From positions 1 to 28,697 of the IMG/VR virus record IMGVR_UViG_3300012286_000370: DNA of 28,697 bases, one strand, 5' to 3'. Made by a program: the position numbers and the translations under genes. Every line of letters begins with the position of its first letter. Within the stretch, counting starts at the first letter, position 1. The notes beneath the pieces were generated by a model. That model ran no database searches and was not told where the DNA came from. It saw only the letters and a list, made by a program, of their open reading frames with translations. Of this stretch, positions 1-11,100 are shown piece after piece. Source of the stretch: a virus (Duplodnaviria; Caudoviricetes).

Positions 1-275
1 CAAATGAAAAATATCTTATGTCTTATATGCCAGAACAAAAACCAAGAACATCTCTTCCTTTTATCTTACACCAGGCAGATTTGATGGCAGCACGTATCGA
101 GTTTGAACGTGAATGGTTACCTAAGTTAAAAGAGAACAAGAAACCCGTGGATGCCGGAAAGGGGAATTATACATTGGGGAATAAACCCAACATGTCTAAA
201 AAGACATCAACCAAAACTAAAGCACTTGGAACATTTAAAAGTGATAGTTTAAAAAATATGTTAGATAGCTTATGA
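1..275 (+). CDS. HD-domain phosphohydrolase, C-terminal part (5'-truncated by the window)
   Basis: Frame is open from the window edge (NEKYLMSY...). LHQADLMAAR resembles the last conserved Asp motif of HD domains, followed by a basic tail. Confidence 0.55.
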   Translation, partial: NEKYLMSYMPEQKPRTSLPFILHQADLMAARIEFEREWLPKLKENKKPVDAGKGNYTLGNKPNMSKKTSTKTKALGTFKSDSLKNMLDSL

Positions 276-553
276 CAACAGTAATAATTAGCGTTTTAGC
301 GGTTTTAGTAGTAATTTTAGGATTTACGACTTTTAACCTTATGCGCAAAGTAGAAAAACAAGAAGACGTACTAGCCGGATACCTAACCTACCTAGATCGT
401 CTATCTCGCACAATTGAAATTTCAGACAAGAAATTGAAAGAACTAGATCGTGGTGGTGTATTTGAAAAAGATGACGAAGTTGGGGTTATATTTCAATCAA
501 TTGTAAAAATCCAAGAAATCCTTAATGAGTTTAATCTTAGAAAGTTCAGTTAA
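272..553 (+). CDS. small membrane-anchored hypothetical protein
   Basis: N-terminal hydrophobic helix VIISVLAVLVVILGFTTF followed by a helical segment. ATGA overlap with the upstream gene. Confidence 0.75.
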   Translation: MTTVIISVLAVLVVILGFTTFNLMRKVEKQEDVLAGYLTYLDRLSRTIEISDKKLKELDRGGVFEKDDEVGVIFQSIVKIQEILNEFNLRKFS

Positions 554-554
554 A

Positions 555-1262
555 ATGCCTAAAAAACCGGGAAGTAAAAATTACTTTACTCAAGATACAG
601 AAGATGCGATCGTGTTATATAATAACATGGTCGATTCTGTGTTGAAAAGTAAAATTTACGAGGACCGTATCCACTATGCATTTTTTAAATTAACCCAAAA
701 TATAATCCATACGTTCAAATTTTACCATACTGAAGTGGAAAATTTAGAACACCTACAACATGAGATTATAGTATTTTTATTATCAAAAATCCATCTATTT
801 GATCCTAGTAAAGGTGCTAAAGCATATTCTTACTTTGGTACTATTGTGAAACGTTGGTGTATTTTATATAATGAGAAAAACTACAAAAGTAAAATTAGCA
901 AGGTTTCAGTAGATGAATTATCCAAAGACGATTCAGATCATACTTATACTATTGAACCAAACAATTCAGATGATCGATTATCTCATTTTATGGACGAATA
1001 TGTTGAATTCGTCAGCTTTAATTTATACGAAATCTTTCCTAAAGAATATGACGCGAAAATTGCGGATGCTGTTTTAGAGCTGTTTAGAAAACGAGATAGC
1101 ATCGATGTATTCAATAAAAAAGCTCTTTACATTTATATACACGAGATGATACCTGATGCTAAAACTCCCAAGATTACTAAAATAGCAGGTGTATTATATG
1201 GAGTATTTAAGAAAAATTACCTGTTCTATTTAGAGGAAGGATATATGAATTTCCACCTCTAG
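555..1262 (+). CDS. phage late-transcription sigma factor (T4 gp55-like, sigma70 region 2)
   Basis: NYFTQDTEDAIVLYN near the N-terminus and FDPSKGAKAYSYFGTIVKR, matching the sigma region 2.3 FDPxK/R..F/YxxY pattern. Possible HTH at the C-terminus. Likely start is ATG 555 (MPKK), just after the upstream stop, not 525. Confidence 0.7.
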   Translation: MPKKPGSKNYFTQDTEDAIVLYNNMVDSVLKSKIYEDRIHYAFFKLTQNIIHTFKFYHTEVENLEHLQHEIIVFLLSKIHLFDPSKGAKAYSYFGTIVKRWCILYNEKNYKSKISKVSVDELSKDDSDHTYTIEPNNSDDRLSHFMDEYVEFVSFNLYEIFPKEYDAKIADAVLELFRKRDSIDVFNKKALYIYIHEMIPDAKTPKITKIAGVLYGVFKKNYLFYLEEGYMNFHL

Positions 1263-1271
1263 TAGTTGTTT

Positions 1272-1280
1272 ATATTTATA
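1272..1280 (+). promoter_or_regulatory. putative late promoter ATATTTATA
   Basis: Intergenic, 13 nt before ATG 1294. Same motif recurs before other structural genes. Confidence 0.6.
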
Positions 1281-1293
1281 AAAAACAATACAT

Positions 1294-1632
1294 ATGAGTA
1301 ATTTAGAATCAAACGTATTTGGTAAGAAAAAATTCTCGGACATTCTTAAGGAAATTTACGAAAACCAAAAGAAAAAAGAGACCCAAATTACAGCATTGAT
1401 AGGTGAGTTAAAACCACTTATCAATGACATTGGTGATGCTACTTTGATTGTTCCTTTAATCAAGGAATATATGGAATTAGGTATCAAAAATGATGAGCAG
1501 TTAATTAAAATGGCTACTATCATCCAACGTGCCTTAGCTACAGGCAAATCAGAAGATGAAGGATTTGGAATGACTGAGGATGAAAAAGCACAATTGTTAT
1601 CTGAGGTAAAAAAATTCAATCCTAAAGATTAA
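1294..1632 (+). CDS. hypothetical helical protein
   Basis: 112-aa ORF with an A-rich leader, preceded by the late motif. TAATG-coupled to the next gene. Confidence 0.8.
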   Translation: MSNLESNVFGKKKFSDILKEIYENQKKKETQITALIGELKPLINDIGDATLIVPLIKEYMELGIKNDEQLIKMATIIQRALATGKSEDEGFGMTEDEKAQLLSEVKKFNPKD

Positions 1633-2879
1633 TGTCACATAAATTTGGATTTCCTTCAATGACCAATAAAGCCTTAAATGATAAGGCTAAAGGGGGAGGG
1701 TCTGGTAAAACGTCCAATGAAGAATTTATAGTTCGTGTAAGTGATATTAATTTAGATCCTTCACTTGGTTTTACCAAAATAGGAACTATTAGTGGAGAAA
1801 AAGTAAGTAGTAAAGGAGTATTAACTGGAAAAACATATGTTGATATTCTTCCAAGTGACCCATATAAAAAAGCATTTCCATTAGTTAACGAATATGTTAG
1901 AGTTAAGTATGTAATTGCCCCTAATACCATTGGAGGTCAATTCGTATATGAAGGACCTATTTCATTATACGGAGCAGTTTCTCCTAATGTAAACCCAAAC
2001 CCTACTCCCCTAGTTAACCCAATCCCAGCATCTCAAAAATTAAATTATTCTCAAGTAGAAAGTGGGGGGTATAACGTACAAAATAATAATCTTGTTTCTT
2101 TAGATTTTAATTCTCTTTCTAATCCGGACCGAGCTACATTTGTTGAAAAAAGTAATATTCATCCTTTATTACCATTTGCTGGAGACATAATTTATGAAGG
2201 TAGATGGGGTAATAGTGTACGCTTAGGTAGTACAGCTAAAGTAACTGGTAATTATTCTAACTCTTGGTCTTCATTTGGAAATAATGGAGATCCTATTACC
2301 ATACTAATAAATGGTCAAAATCCTAAAGCTAGTAGCTTTGGGGCTGAGCCTATTACTGAAAATATATCTCAAGATTTATCTTCAATATATTTAACCTCTT
2401 ACCAAAAAATTCCATTTAGTATAGCAAATGAAAATTTTATTTCTTATACCACACCTCCAACTACACCTGCCCAATACGCTAATCCTCAAATTATTTTTAA
2501 TTCAGATAGGGTTGTAATTAATGCTAAAAATGATAGTGTATTAATTAGTGGGCAAAATTCAGTAGGTATTTCTTCAAATGGGAGTGTAAATATAGAATCT
2601 ACTAGTGAAATAAATATTACTAGTAAATTGACTCGTTTAGGCAATAAAAATGCAAATCAATCAGTTTTGCGAGGTGATGAGACAGTAGAATATTTAAAAA
2701 TAATACTTAATGAACTGCAAAATATAGCTGAGGCTTTAAAAGTAGTTCAAGATTGGCCTAGTGGAGCTCCTTCCCCCAACCCAGTTGTTTTAACAACCGC
2801 AAATTCAGCACTTAAAGTGTTTGAAAATGTTTACAATCAAATTGATAGTGTAAAATCTAAAATTGTTAAAACAGCATGA
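1632..2879 (+). CDS. baseplate central spike/hub protein (gp5/VgrG-like, no lysozyme domain evident)
   Basis: N-terminal beta-rich OB-like region, GDIIYEGRWGNSVRLGS, and C-terminal beta-helix-like repeats (IIFNSDRVVINAKNDSVLISGQNSVGISSNGSVNIES). Lies upstream of gp25/gp6. Confidence 0.6.
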   Translation: MSHKFGFPSMTNKALNDKAKGGGSGKTSNEEFIVRVSDINLDPSLGFTKIGTISGEKVSSKGVLTGKTYVDILPSDPYKKAFPLVNEYVRVKYVIAPNTIGGQFVYEGPISLYGAVSPNVNPNPTPLVNPIPASQKLNYSQVESGGYNVQNNNLVSLDFNSLSNPDRATFVEKSNIHPLLPFAGDIIYEGRWGNSVRLGSTAKVTGNYSNSWSSFGNNGDPITILINGQNPKASSFGAEPITENISQDLSSIYLTSYQKIPFSIANENFISYTTPPTTPAQYANPQIIFNSDRVVINAKNDSVLISGQNSVGISSNGSVNIESTSEINITSKLTRLGNKNANQSVLRGDETVEYLKIILNELQNIAEALKVVQDWPSGAPSPNPVVLTTANSALKVFENVYNQIDSVKSKIVKTA

Positions 2880-3988
2880 TTTATTTTATAAAAGGAACAG
2901 TTGTAAATGGTCAATCTCAAGATCCAATTAAGGGAGCTAATGTAAAAATTTCACCTTTAAATTTTGTATTTACTGACACTGACGGTAATTTTACTATTAC
3001 TGGAGATACTCCTGAAAGTGGAAGTTTATCTTTGGATATAACTGCTATTAATTATGAATCTATAGAACCACCTTTATATAAAGGAGATGGTACTCTAAAA
3101 ACTGATTTAGGAGTTTTACAACTTCAACCTACAGTTTCTTCTTTAGCCCAAGATAAACTCAAATCTACTCAACTAAGTAAAGATCAAATTAAAGAGCTTT
3201 CTAAAAGCAAAAAAAATCTTTCATATTATGCTGAAGAAAAATTATCTAATCAAGTTAATACTCTAAAGAATACCTTAATCCCTGCTATACTAACCATGGT
3301 TGCAGGGTTTGGTATAACTAAACTTTCAGAATATAAAGCTGAACAGTTACCCAAACTTTTAGATCAAGCAGTTTGCCCCACACAAGCTGAATTAACTGAT
3401 TTAATTAACCGAAAGAATAAACTAGTAAAACAATTAACTAATAGTTTAAAAATTATTGATACAACTACTAAAGTGTTAGGAGTTACCCAAGGTGTTATTG
3501 CTATTCTTCAAATTACTTTAACTATAGCTGAAATTAATCCCCCAGTAACAAATCCTATTCCCTCAGGAGTTGAAAAAAGATTAGACAAAACCATTGCTAC
3601 ACTATCTTCAGTTAATGCAGGTATATTATCTATATTAGTTATTTTACGTCAAGTATTAACTCAAGCTCTTCAATTACTTAATTTACTTGATCAACTTGTA
3701 CAAAAATGTTATCCTGATGCTGATCAAGAAAGAATTTCAGCAGAATTAACTGCATTAACGGTTCAACAATCAACTCAATTATCTCCTGTAGTTACAAATG
3801 TAAATGGATTTGAAATGGGAGTTGAAACAGAAAATTCACCTAATACTCTAAAACGTAGAAGAGCACTTGCACGTAACAAACAAGGTGTGGTAATGTTAAA
3901 AGGAGAATGGTCATTTAGCTCAATTGACCAGATATTAATTGATGAACTAGTATTTTACATTCAGCAAAATGATTTAAAAGCTGACTAA
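2876..3988 (+). CDS. protein with N-terminal carboxypeptidase-regulatory-like (SusC-type) domain and long helical/coiled-coil region
   Basis: IKGTVVNGQSQDPIKGANVKI...TDTDGNFTI matches the CarboxypepD_reg-like pattern. Leucine-rich helices follow. Confidence 0.6.
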   Translation: MIYFIKGTVVNGQSQDPIKGANVKISPLNFVFTDTDGNFTITGDTPESGSLSLDITAINYESIEPPLYKGDGTLKTDLGVLQLQPTVSSLAQDKLKSTQLSKDQIKELSKSKKNLSYYAEEKLSNQVNTLKNTLIPAILTMVAGFGITKLSEYKAEQLPKLLDQAVCPTQAELTDLINRKNKLVKQLTNSLKIIDTTTKVLGVTQGVIAILQITLTIAEINPPVTNPIPSGVEKRLDKTIATLSSVNAGILSILVILRQVLTQALQLLNLLDQLVQKCYPDADQERISAELTALTVQQSTQLSPVVTNVNGFEMGVETENSPNTLKRRRALARNKQGVVMLKGEWSFSSIDQILIDELVFYIQQNDLKAD

Positions 3989-3992
3989 CTTA

Positions 3993-4001
3993 ATATTTAT
4001 A
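3993..4001 (+). promoter_or_regulatory. putative late promoter ATATTTATA
   Basis: Intergenic, 5 nt before ATG 4007. Confidence 0.6.
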
Positions 4002-4006
4002 AACAT

Positions 4007-4354
4007 ATGAAAATTGACGGATTAAAAAAATTAATTAAAGAAGCTGTACGAGAGGCAATTCAAGATGAATTAAAAGATATTCTTTTGGAAGCAGTTCGTA
4101 CTCCAAAAACACTTGTAAAGGAATCCTTTACCTCAATTCCTGTACCTCCTCAACCATCAACCCCACCATTTACCCAACCAACAATGGATACTCGAAAGGC
4201 GTATACTGATATCATGAATGAAACCATGATGAGTTTTACTTCTAAAGATGCTCAAGTTCCATTTAAACCACAAGTAAGTGACCCTATAAATGGTAATTTA
4301 GGTGCCGGAGAAGTAGGAATGGATCAAATTATGGCCTTAATGAATAGTAAATAA
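4007..4354 (+). CDS. hypothetical virion-associated protein with LKKLIKE-type leader
   Basis: MKIDGLKKLIKEAVRE resembles the N-termini at 26656 and 28021. Pro-rich linker. Confidence 0.75.
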   Translation: MKIDGLKKLIKEAVREAIQDELKDILLEAVRTPKTLVKESFTSIPVPPQPSTPPFTQPTMDTRKAYTDIMNETMMSFTSKDAQVPFKPQVSDPINGNLGAGEVGMDQIMALMNSK

Positions 4355-4758
4355 TGGCATTTAGTCCTCAACAAATAGCACCTATTGACTTTGATGCAAG
4401 TACAGCTGTTGGGGTTAATCTTCCCTTTAGTGGCCCCGCTGTTTTTCTTCCAAATTATACAACAGCAGAAGCCACTAAAAATAATCTTATTAACTATTTT
4501 CTTACCAACCCAGGAGAAATACCTATGAATCCTACTTTTGGGGGTGGTTTAAGAACATTTATATTTGAACAAATAACTGCAGATAATTTAAATTTTCTTA
4601 GAGAAGATGTTAACAATAAAATATCTGTTTATTTTCCTAACATTATAGTAAATGATCTATTAGTAACAGGTCAATCAGATACTAATCAAATCACAGTTAC
4701 ACTTAAATACTCAGTATTAAACACTAGTATCGATGATACTCTAACAATTGAATTTTAA
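4354..4758 (+). CDS. baseplate wedge protein gp25-like (GPW/gp25 family)
   Basis: NNLINYFLTNPGEIPMNPTFGGGLRTFIFE is the typical gp25 signature. 134 aa, directly before the gp6-like gene. Confidence 0.85.
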   Translation: MAFSPQQIAPIDFDASTAVGVNLPFSGPAVFLPNYTTAEATKNNLINYFLTNPGEIPMNPTFGGGLRTFIFEQITADNLNFLREDVNNKISVYFPNIIVNDLLVTGQSDTNQITVTLKYSVLNTSIDDTLTIEF

Positions 4759-4760
4759 AA

Positions 4761-6605
4761 ATGGCTAACGTAAATAGAGACATAAAATACATAAATCGTG
4801 ATTTTTCTAGTTTTAAACAAAGACTAATAGAATTTTCTAAAACCTATTTTCCGTTAACCTATAACGATTTTACCCCTGCATCCCCAGGCATGATGTTTAT
4901 AGAACAAGCATCATATGTGGGAGACGTTTTAAGTTTTTATTTAGATAACCAATTTCAAGAAACATTTGTTCAATATGCTCAACAAACAAATAATGTTTAT
5001 GAGTTAGCATATATGTTTGGTTATAAACCTAAATTATCAACTGCTGCACAAGCTGTAGTTGATGTATATCAACAAGTACCTTCTAAATTGGTTCTTGGAG
5101 AATATATTCCTGATTATGATTATGCTTTAACTGTAGGGGAAAATACTACTATAAGTTCTCTTAATGGTGGTAATTTCCTCATTCAAGATAAAATTGACTT
5201 CTCAGTTTCAAGTTCCCAAGACCCAACTGAAGTAACCATTTATCAAATTTCAGGAAATAACCCTCAATACTTTCTTTTAAAGAAAAGTAGAAAAGCAATT
5301 TCTGCTACTATTAATGTCCAATCATTTAATTTTACAGACCCTATTTCTTTTAATACTATTCAGCTTACTGCTAATAATTTTCTTAAAATATTAGATGTTA
5401 CCGATTCTGATGGTAATATTTGGTATGAAGTAGATACTTTAGGTCAAGAAATGGTATTTAATACTATAAAAAATACTAATGTAAATGACCCAAATTCTAA
5501 TGGAGATACTTCTTATTTACTTCGTCTTAAAAAAGTAGCAAGACGTTTTACTACTAGAGCTATCTCTAATACCAATATTGATTTACAATTTGGTTCTGGA
5601 GATCCTCTTAACGTTACTGAAGAAATTACTCCAAATGCCGATAATGTAGGTATTGGTTTACCATTTTCTCAAGATAAATTAACAACAGCATATTCACCTA
5701 CAAATTTCCTATTTACAGGAACTTATGGTATTACTCCTTCAAATACTACTTTAACAGTAAGATATTTAACTGGTGGTGGTGTTTCATCAAATGTTGCCGC
5801 AAATGCTCTTACTACTATAAACCCATCCCAAACTAAATTTAATAATGTAAATTTAAACTCAACTACAGCAAACTATGTATTTAATTCATTAGCTTCAAAT
5901 AATACTGAAGCTGCTAGTGGAGGAAAAGGTGGAGATAATATTGAAGAAATTCGTCAAAATACTTTAACCCTAATAGCCTCCCAAAAACGTTCAGTTACAG
6001 CAGACGACTATTTAGTTAGAGCTTTAAGTATGCCTTCCGATTATGGATCTATTTCTAAAGCATTTATTGAACAACCTAAATTAACAGATAATCAAGTTTC
6101 AACAATTGAAACACTTAATTTATATGTTTTATCTTTAAATGCACAAGGACAATTAGATTATGCTGCTGAAACTTTAAAAAATAATTTACGTACTTATATG
6201 TCCCAATATAGAATGATTGGTGACAACATTGAAATTAGAGATGCGTTTATTATCAATATTGGTGTTGACTTTGAAATTATAGTACTTCCTGAATATAACA
6301 ACAATGAAGTTTTACTATCATGTGTTACTGCTTTACAAACTTACTTTAACCTAAATAATTGGCAAATAAATCAACCGATTTTACTTCGTGACCTTTATAT
6401 TCTCCTTGACAAAATTTCTGGAGTTCAATCTGTTAAAAACCTTTCTATTTCAAATAAAGCAGGAACCACTTCAGGATATTCACAATATGCTTATGATATT
6501 ACTGGAGCAACTCAAAATCAAGTAATTTATCCTTCATTGGATCCTAGTATTTTTGAAGTAAGATACCCTAACAATGATATAAAAGGTAAAGTAGTTCCTT
6601 TATAA
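4761..6605 (+). CDS. baseplate wedge protein gp6-like (baseplate J family)
   Basis: RDFSSFKQRLIEF...YVGDVLSFYLD, FGYKPK, ASGGKGGDNIEEIR and QKRSVTADDY motifs typical of T4 gp6/P2 gpJ. 614 aa. Confidence 0.85.
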   Translation: MANVNRDIKYINRDFSSFKQRLIEFSKTYFPLTYNDFTPASPGMMFIEQASYVGDVLSFYLDNQFQETFVQYAQQTNNVYELAYMFGYKPKLSTAAQAVVDVYQQVPSKLVLGEYIPDYDYALTVGENTTISSLNGGNFLIQDKIDFSVSSSQDPTEVTIYQISGNNPQYFLLKKSRKAISATINVQSFNFTDPISFNTIQLTANNFLKILDVTDSDGNIWYEVDTLGQEMVFNTIKNTNVNDPNSNGDTSYLLRLKKVARRFTTRAISNTNIDLQFGSGDPLNVTEEITPNADNVGIGLPFSQDKLTTAYSPTNFLFTGTYGITPSNTTLTVRYLTGGGVSSNVAANALTTINPSQTKFNNVNLNSTTANYVFNSLASNNTEAASGGKGGDNIEEIRQNTLTLIASQKRSVTADDYLVRALSMPSDYGSISKAFIEQPKLTDNQVSTIETLNLYVLSLNAQGQLDYAAETLKNNLRTYMSQYRMIGDNIEIRDAFIINIGVDFEIIVLPEYNNNEVLLSCVTALQTYFNLNNWQINQPILLRDLYILLDKISGVQSVKNLSISNKAGTTSGYSQYAYDITGATQNQVIYPSLDPSIFEVRYPNNDIKGKVVPL

Positions 6606-6609
6606 TGCC

Positions 6610-6618
6610 ATATTTATA
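6610..6618 (+). promoter_or_regulatory. putative late promoter ATATTTATA
   Basis: Intergenic, 13 nt before ATG 6632. Confidence 0.6.
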
Positions 6619-6631
6619 ATAAAATATATAA

Positions 6632-7753
6632 ATGGCTGTATATAAACTATTTCCTACTCAAGACGCCACTCTATATTCTGCTTATCCTACAATGAACACA
6701 GGGTTAGATGCTATTTTAGAAGCATCTAATAAACTCGGTTTAGATGGGACCCCGGATGTATCTAGATATTTAATTCAATTTGACACAAACGAAATTCAAG
6801 ATGTCATTAACAATAAAATATCTGGAGATAGTTATGCTGTTTATTTAAAAAACTTTATAGCAGAAGCTCAAGGTCTTAATCAATCTACAAAACTAGAAAT
6901 TCGCCCTATTGCTCAAGGATGGAATAATGGTACTGGATATGCTTTAGATTCCCCCATTGTTACTGATGGATCTTCTTGGGGATTCTCCTCATTTTCAGGC
7001 TCAAATCCTTGGTCTTTAAGTGGTACTAATTCAGGAGGAGCATATACAAGTTCATACAATTCAACTTACACTACCCAAGGTGGTGGTAATTGGTATACAG
7101 CTTCAAATTATTTAGTTACTGAATCTTTTGCTTTACGTGATGTAAAAGATATTGAAATTAATACTAGTAATACTGTAAATGCTTGGTATAGTTCATCTAT
7201 TCCAAATTATGGTTTTATAATAAAACTTACGGGTTCACAAGAATTTAATCCAAGTGAATATGTTCAACCTATATTTAAATTTTATAGTGTTGATACAAAT
7301 ACAATATACCCCCCAACATTAGAATTCAGATGGAGGGATTATTCAACTATATTAACAGGAGCTAGTACAAATATAGTTACAACTTCTAATATTAAAATAT
7401 CCTTAGCTGAAAACCCTGGTGTTTTCTTTCCTGAAAGTGTAAATAGATTTTACATTAATGTAAGTCCATTATATCCTACTAGAACATATCAAACATCATC
7501 TTTATACACTAATTTAAATTATTTACCAACTGCTTCATACTACGCCATAAAAGACTTAGATACTAACGAATATGTTGTTAACTTCGATAACAATTATACT
7601 CAAATTAGTGCCGATTCAACTGGTAATTATTTTGATGTTTATATGAGTGGTTTAGAACCTGAAAGATACTATAAAATCCTAATCAAATCTACCATCCAGG
7701 GTTCTACAATAATATATGATGATAGCTATTACTTTAAAGTTATTAACGGATGA
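6632..7753 (+). CDS. virion structural protein with DNRLRE-like beta-sandwich domain
   Basis: QDATLYSAYPTMNTG...SRYLIQFD...NYGFIIK...PTLEFRW resembles DNRLRE/disaggregatase-related domains. Lies in the baseplate module. Confidence 0.5.
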   Translation: MAVYKLFPTQDATLYSAYPTMNTGLDAILEASNKLGLDGTPDVSRYLIQFDTNEIQDVINNKISGDSYAVYLKNFIAEAQGLNQSTKLEIRPIAQGWNNGTGYALDSPIVTDGSSWGFSSFSGSNPWSLSGTNSGGAYTSSYNSTYTTQGGGNWYTASNYLVTESFALRDVKDIEINTSNTVNAWYSSSIPNYGFIIKLTGSQEFNPSEYVQPIFKFYSVDTNTIYPPTLEFRWRDYSTILTGASTNIVTTSNIKISLAENPGVFFPESVNRFYINVSPLYPTRTYQTSSLYTNLNYLPTASYYAIKDLDTNEYVVNFDNNYTQISADSTGNYFDVYMSGLEPERYYKILIKSTIQGSTIIYDDSYYFKVING

Positions 7754-8112
7754 GTGAAAGCGTAAACTTACAGAAACAAGTATATGATAAAAGACAATAT
7801 ACTAAAGTTATAGATACGTCTTTTAAAGAATTAGGTGTTCAAACTATTCAAGAAAAAATAGCAGTACAACCAACTACTGAAGAGTTCTTTGGCCTTTACA
7901 ATGAACTTTTTTATAATATACCCGAATTAGGCGCAACTAATTCACATGAATATTTGATCAAAACAAGTAGTGAATATATTAATTTTGATGCAAACCAAGA
8001 AGAAATAACTGCTTTGCAGGATGAAATTGCTCAATTAAGAACAGATTTACTTGATGCTCAAAGACAAATAGTAGAATTGCAAACAGGAACAACATTAGCT
8101 AATCCACAATAA
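7750..8112 (+). CDS. hypothetical structural protein with C-terminal coiled coil
   Basis: EITALQDEIAQLRTDLLDAQRQI heptads. Translationally coupled on both sides. Confidence 0.75.
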   Translation: MSESVNLQKQVYDKRQYTKVIDTSFKELGVQTIQEKIAVQPTTEEFFGLYNELFYNIPELGATNSHEYLIKTSSEYINFDANQEEITALQDEIAQLRTDLLDAQRQIVELQTGTTLANPQ

Positions 8113-11100
8113 TGGCAGCAGAAATTGTACAAATAGACACCCAAAACTTTACTTCACAAACTTATGGAGGTCAAGATACAAATTTAATATCTACTTTTGA
8201 AGTAAATACATCTTTATCTTCAAGTAGTTATATTGAATATTTTGTGTACGATAATAATCAAAATATATTATCCACAGATTACAATTTTACCCAATATATA
8301 GTTTTAGCCGATGGACAATCAGCTGGATCAAATAATACTATCTCTCAAATCATAATTGATCCTGAAAAATCATTAATTAATAGTGGTTTTGATCAAGGAG
8401 AATATGTTACCTATTTTAATTTCTTTAACAAACAAATCGGCTCAGAACTTCAACAACTTTATATTGTTGAAATTTCATCTGATCGTACTGAAATCCGTTT
8501 AGATAGTACTTCATTAACCAATTTAGATATAGTTGAACAAGCTAATTCTTTAATTCAACAAAGGGAAGATAGCCCATATTTTTTAGATTTTTATCTTAAT
8601 TTTGGAGACAATCAATTAGCTATTGCTAATAATATCCAATTAGATAGTCAAGACCCTACTAACCCAACTATATTAATTAAATTATATGAGGCATTACCTG
8701 AAGAATTTGATGTTAATTCTACTTTATGGGTTGTAACTTTAGTTGAAGAGCCTATAGCATATCAAATTATTTTTCCTTTAGAACCTATAGAGATATTAGA
8801 TACCGTTAATTTAAAAGGTCCTAATTTTAATCTAGAATTAAAAGACCAAATTAATAATTCTACAGTATCTTTAGACTATACCGCTCTAACAACTACTTCA
8901 TTAACCAGTTCCTACAACCAATTAAGTAGTTTACTTGAAGAAAAAGAAATAGATATTAATATAGATTACACAGATTTTAATGAGTTTGTTCATTTTAGTT
9001 CTGTTGAAGCTCGTTTAGAAAATTTTTATTATAAAATGAGCTTATTAGAAGATTATTCTTCTTCTATTGCTGTTCTAAATACTACTACAAACAATGATCC
9101 AAGTGCTAGTCTTGCGGTATATGAATCTTTAATAAATAATGTTATAACTAACTTTGATGGTTACGAATATTATTTATATTATAATAGTGGTTCATGGGCT
9201 TGGCCTAAAACAACATCCCAACCTCCATATCAATTAGCTACAACAGGAAGTGCTTTAGTTACTAATTGGTATACTAATATTTCTCTTTCCGCTTCTAATT
9301 TTGATAATACCAATCAAAATAACCTTTACTATTCAATCCCAGAATATTTAAGAAATGATTCATTAAATGCTCCATATCAAATGTTTGTGGAAATGATGGG
9401 TCAGTTCTATGACAATATTTGGATTTACTATAAAGACGTTACTCAAAAATATAATGCCGATAACCGTTTAGAATATGGTGTTTCAAAAGATATAGTAGCA
9501 GATGCTATACGTGATTTTGGAATTAAATTATATCAAAATAATTTCTCAAACGACGATTTATATACTGCATTTTTAGGTTTAACTCCTGAAGGCGGTTTGT
9601 TCCCATTCCCAAATATTACAGGTTCACTTCCAACACCAAGTGGGTTTGAGTATATTAATACTTTAATATCTGCCTCTAACGATTATATGCCGTTAGACGA
9701 CGTAAATAAGTCGCTATACAAACGAATTTATCATAACCTGCCGTACCTATTGAAGGCAAAAGGTACATTACCCGCTCTGCGCACACTTATTACTTCATAT
9801 GGCATTCCTGATACGGTATTAAGAATTAATGAGTTTGGAGGTAAAGACAAATCCAATTCAAATGATTGGGATGATTGGCAAAATGTATTCAATTATGCCT
9901 ATTATAATACTGGAAGTAATTTACTTTCTACAAATTGGATTCTTAATTCAAATTGGAATTCACCTAATAACGTTCCTTCTACTTTAGAATTTAGATTTAA
10001 AGTTCCAAGTTTGTCCACTATAAGTGGATCCTCAGGAATAAATCTTTGGAATACAAATACAAATGCTAGAATTAGATTACGATATACTGGTTCTGGACTT
10101 ACAACAGGTTCCTATTCAGGTTCAATTATTGATCCATATTATCAATATGCTACTTTAGATTTTTCCCCAGATTTTTCTGGTAATCCATCTCTTTCAGCAA
10201 GTGTGTATTTACCATTTGTAAATGAAGGTTGGTGGTCAGTAATGGCTACTCGTAGGGGAACCAATTTTACTTTATATGTAGGAAACAATGTTTATGAAGG
10301 GGGTGAAAATGGAACTCAATTAGGGTTCTATGCTACTTCTTCAACAACCGTAAGTAGCACCGCTTGGACCTCAGGAAATGCCTCTCGATTTACTCAATTT
10401 GGTGGGGAAATGTATTTCCAAGAGATACGTTATTATAATACTGCATTAAGTGAAAGTATATTTAAGGATTATATTATGAATCCTTCTTCAACTGAAGGAA
10501 ATTCAATTAATAGTTCTCCTAACCAACTTGCATTTAGATTACCTTTAGGAGGTGAATTATATACTGGATCCCTTTCAGTGCATCCTAAAATTACAGGATC
10601 TTGGGCTACAACTAGTTCATTTACTACAAATAGTAGTGCTTCATTTACTTTCACCCCAACCTTTGTTCCTAACACAGAATATTTCTTTTTAGATCAACCT
10701 GTAGTTGGTATTAAGAATGCTGTATCTGATAAAATACGAATAGAAAATAGTGTTATACCTTCTGGTGATACTTTATCTCCATTTAGATCATTAGCACAAA
10801 ATACAGCAGCTAGTCAAAGCTATACTGTAAATACAAATTTACTTGAAGTAGCATTTGCACCACAAGATGAAATTAATGATGATATCATCTCCCAAATTGG
10901 ATTCTTTAATATAGGAGAATACATAGGTGATCCAAGACAACGCTCATCCTCAGCTACTTCCTACCCAGATTTAGATGCTTTACGAGATGCATATTTCCAA
11001 AAATATACTTCAAATTATGACTTAAACGACTACATTCGTTTAATCAAATATTTTGATAACTCGTTATTTAAAATGATCAAAGACTTTGTACCTGCACGCA

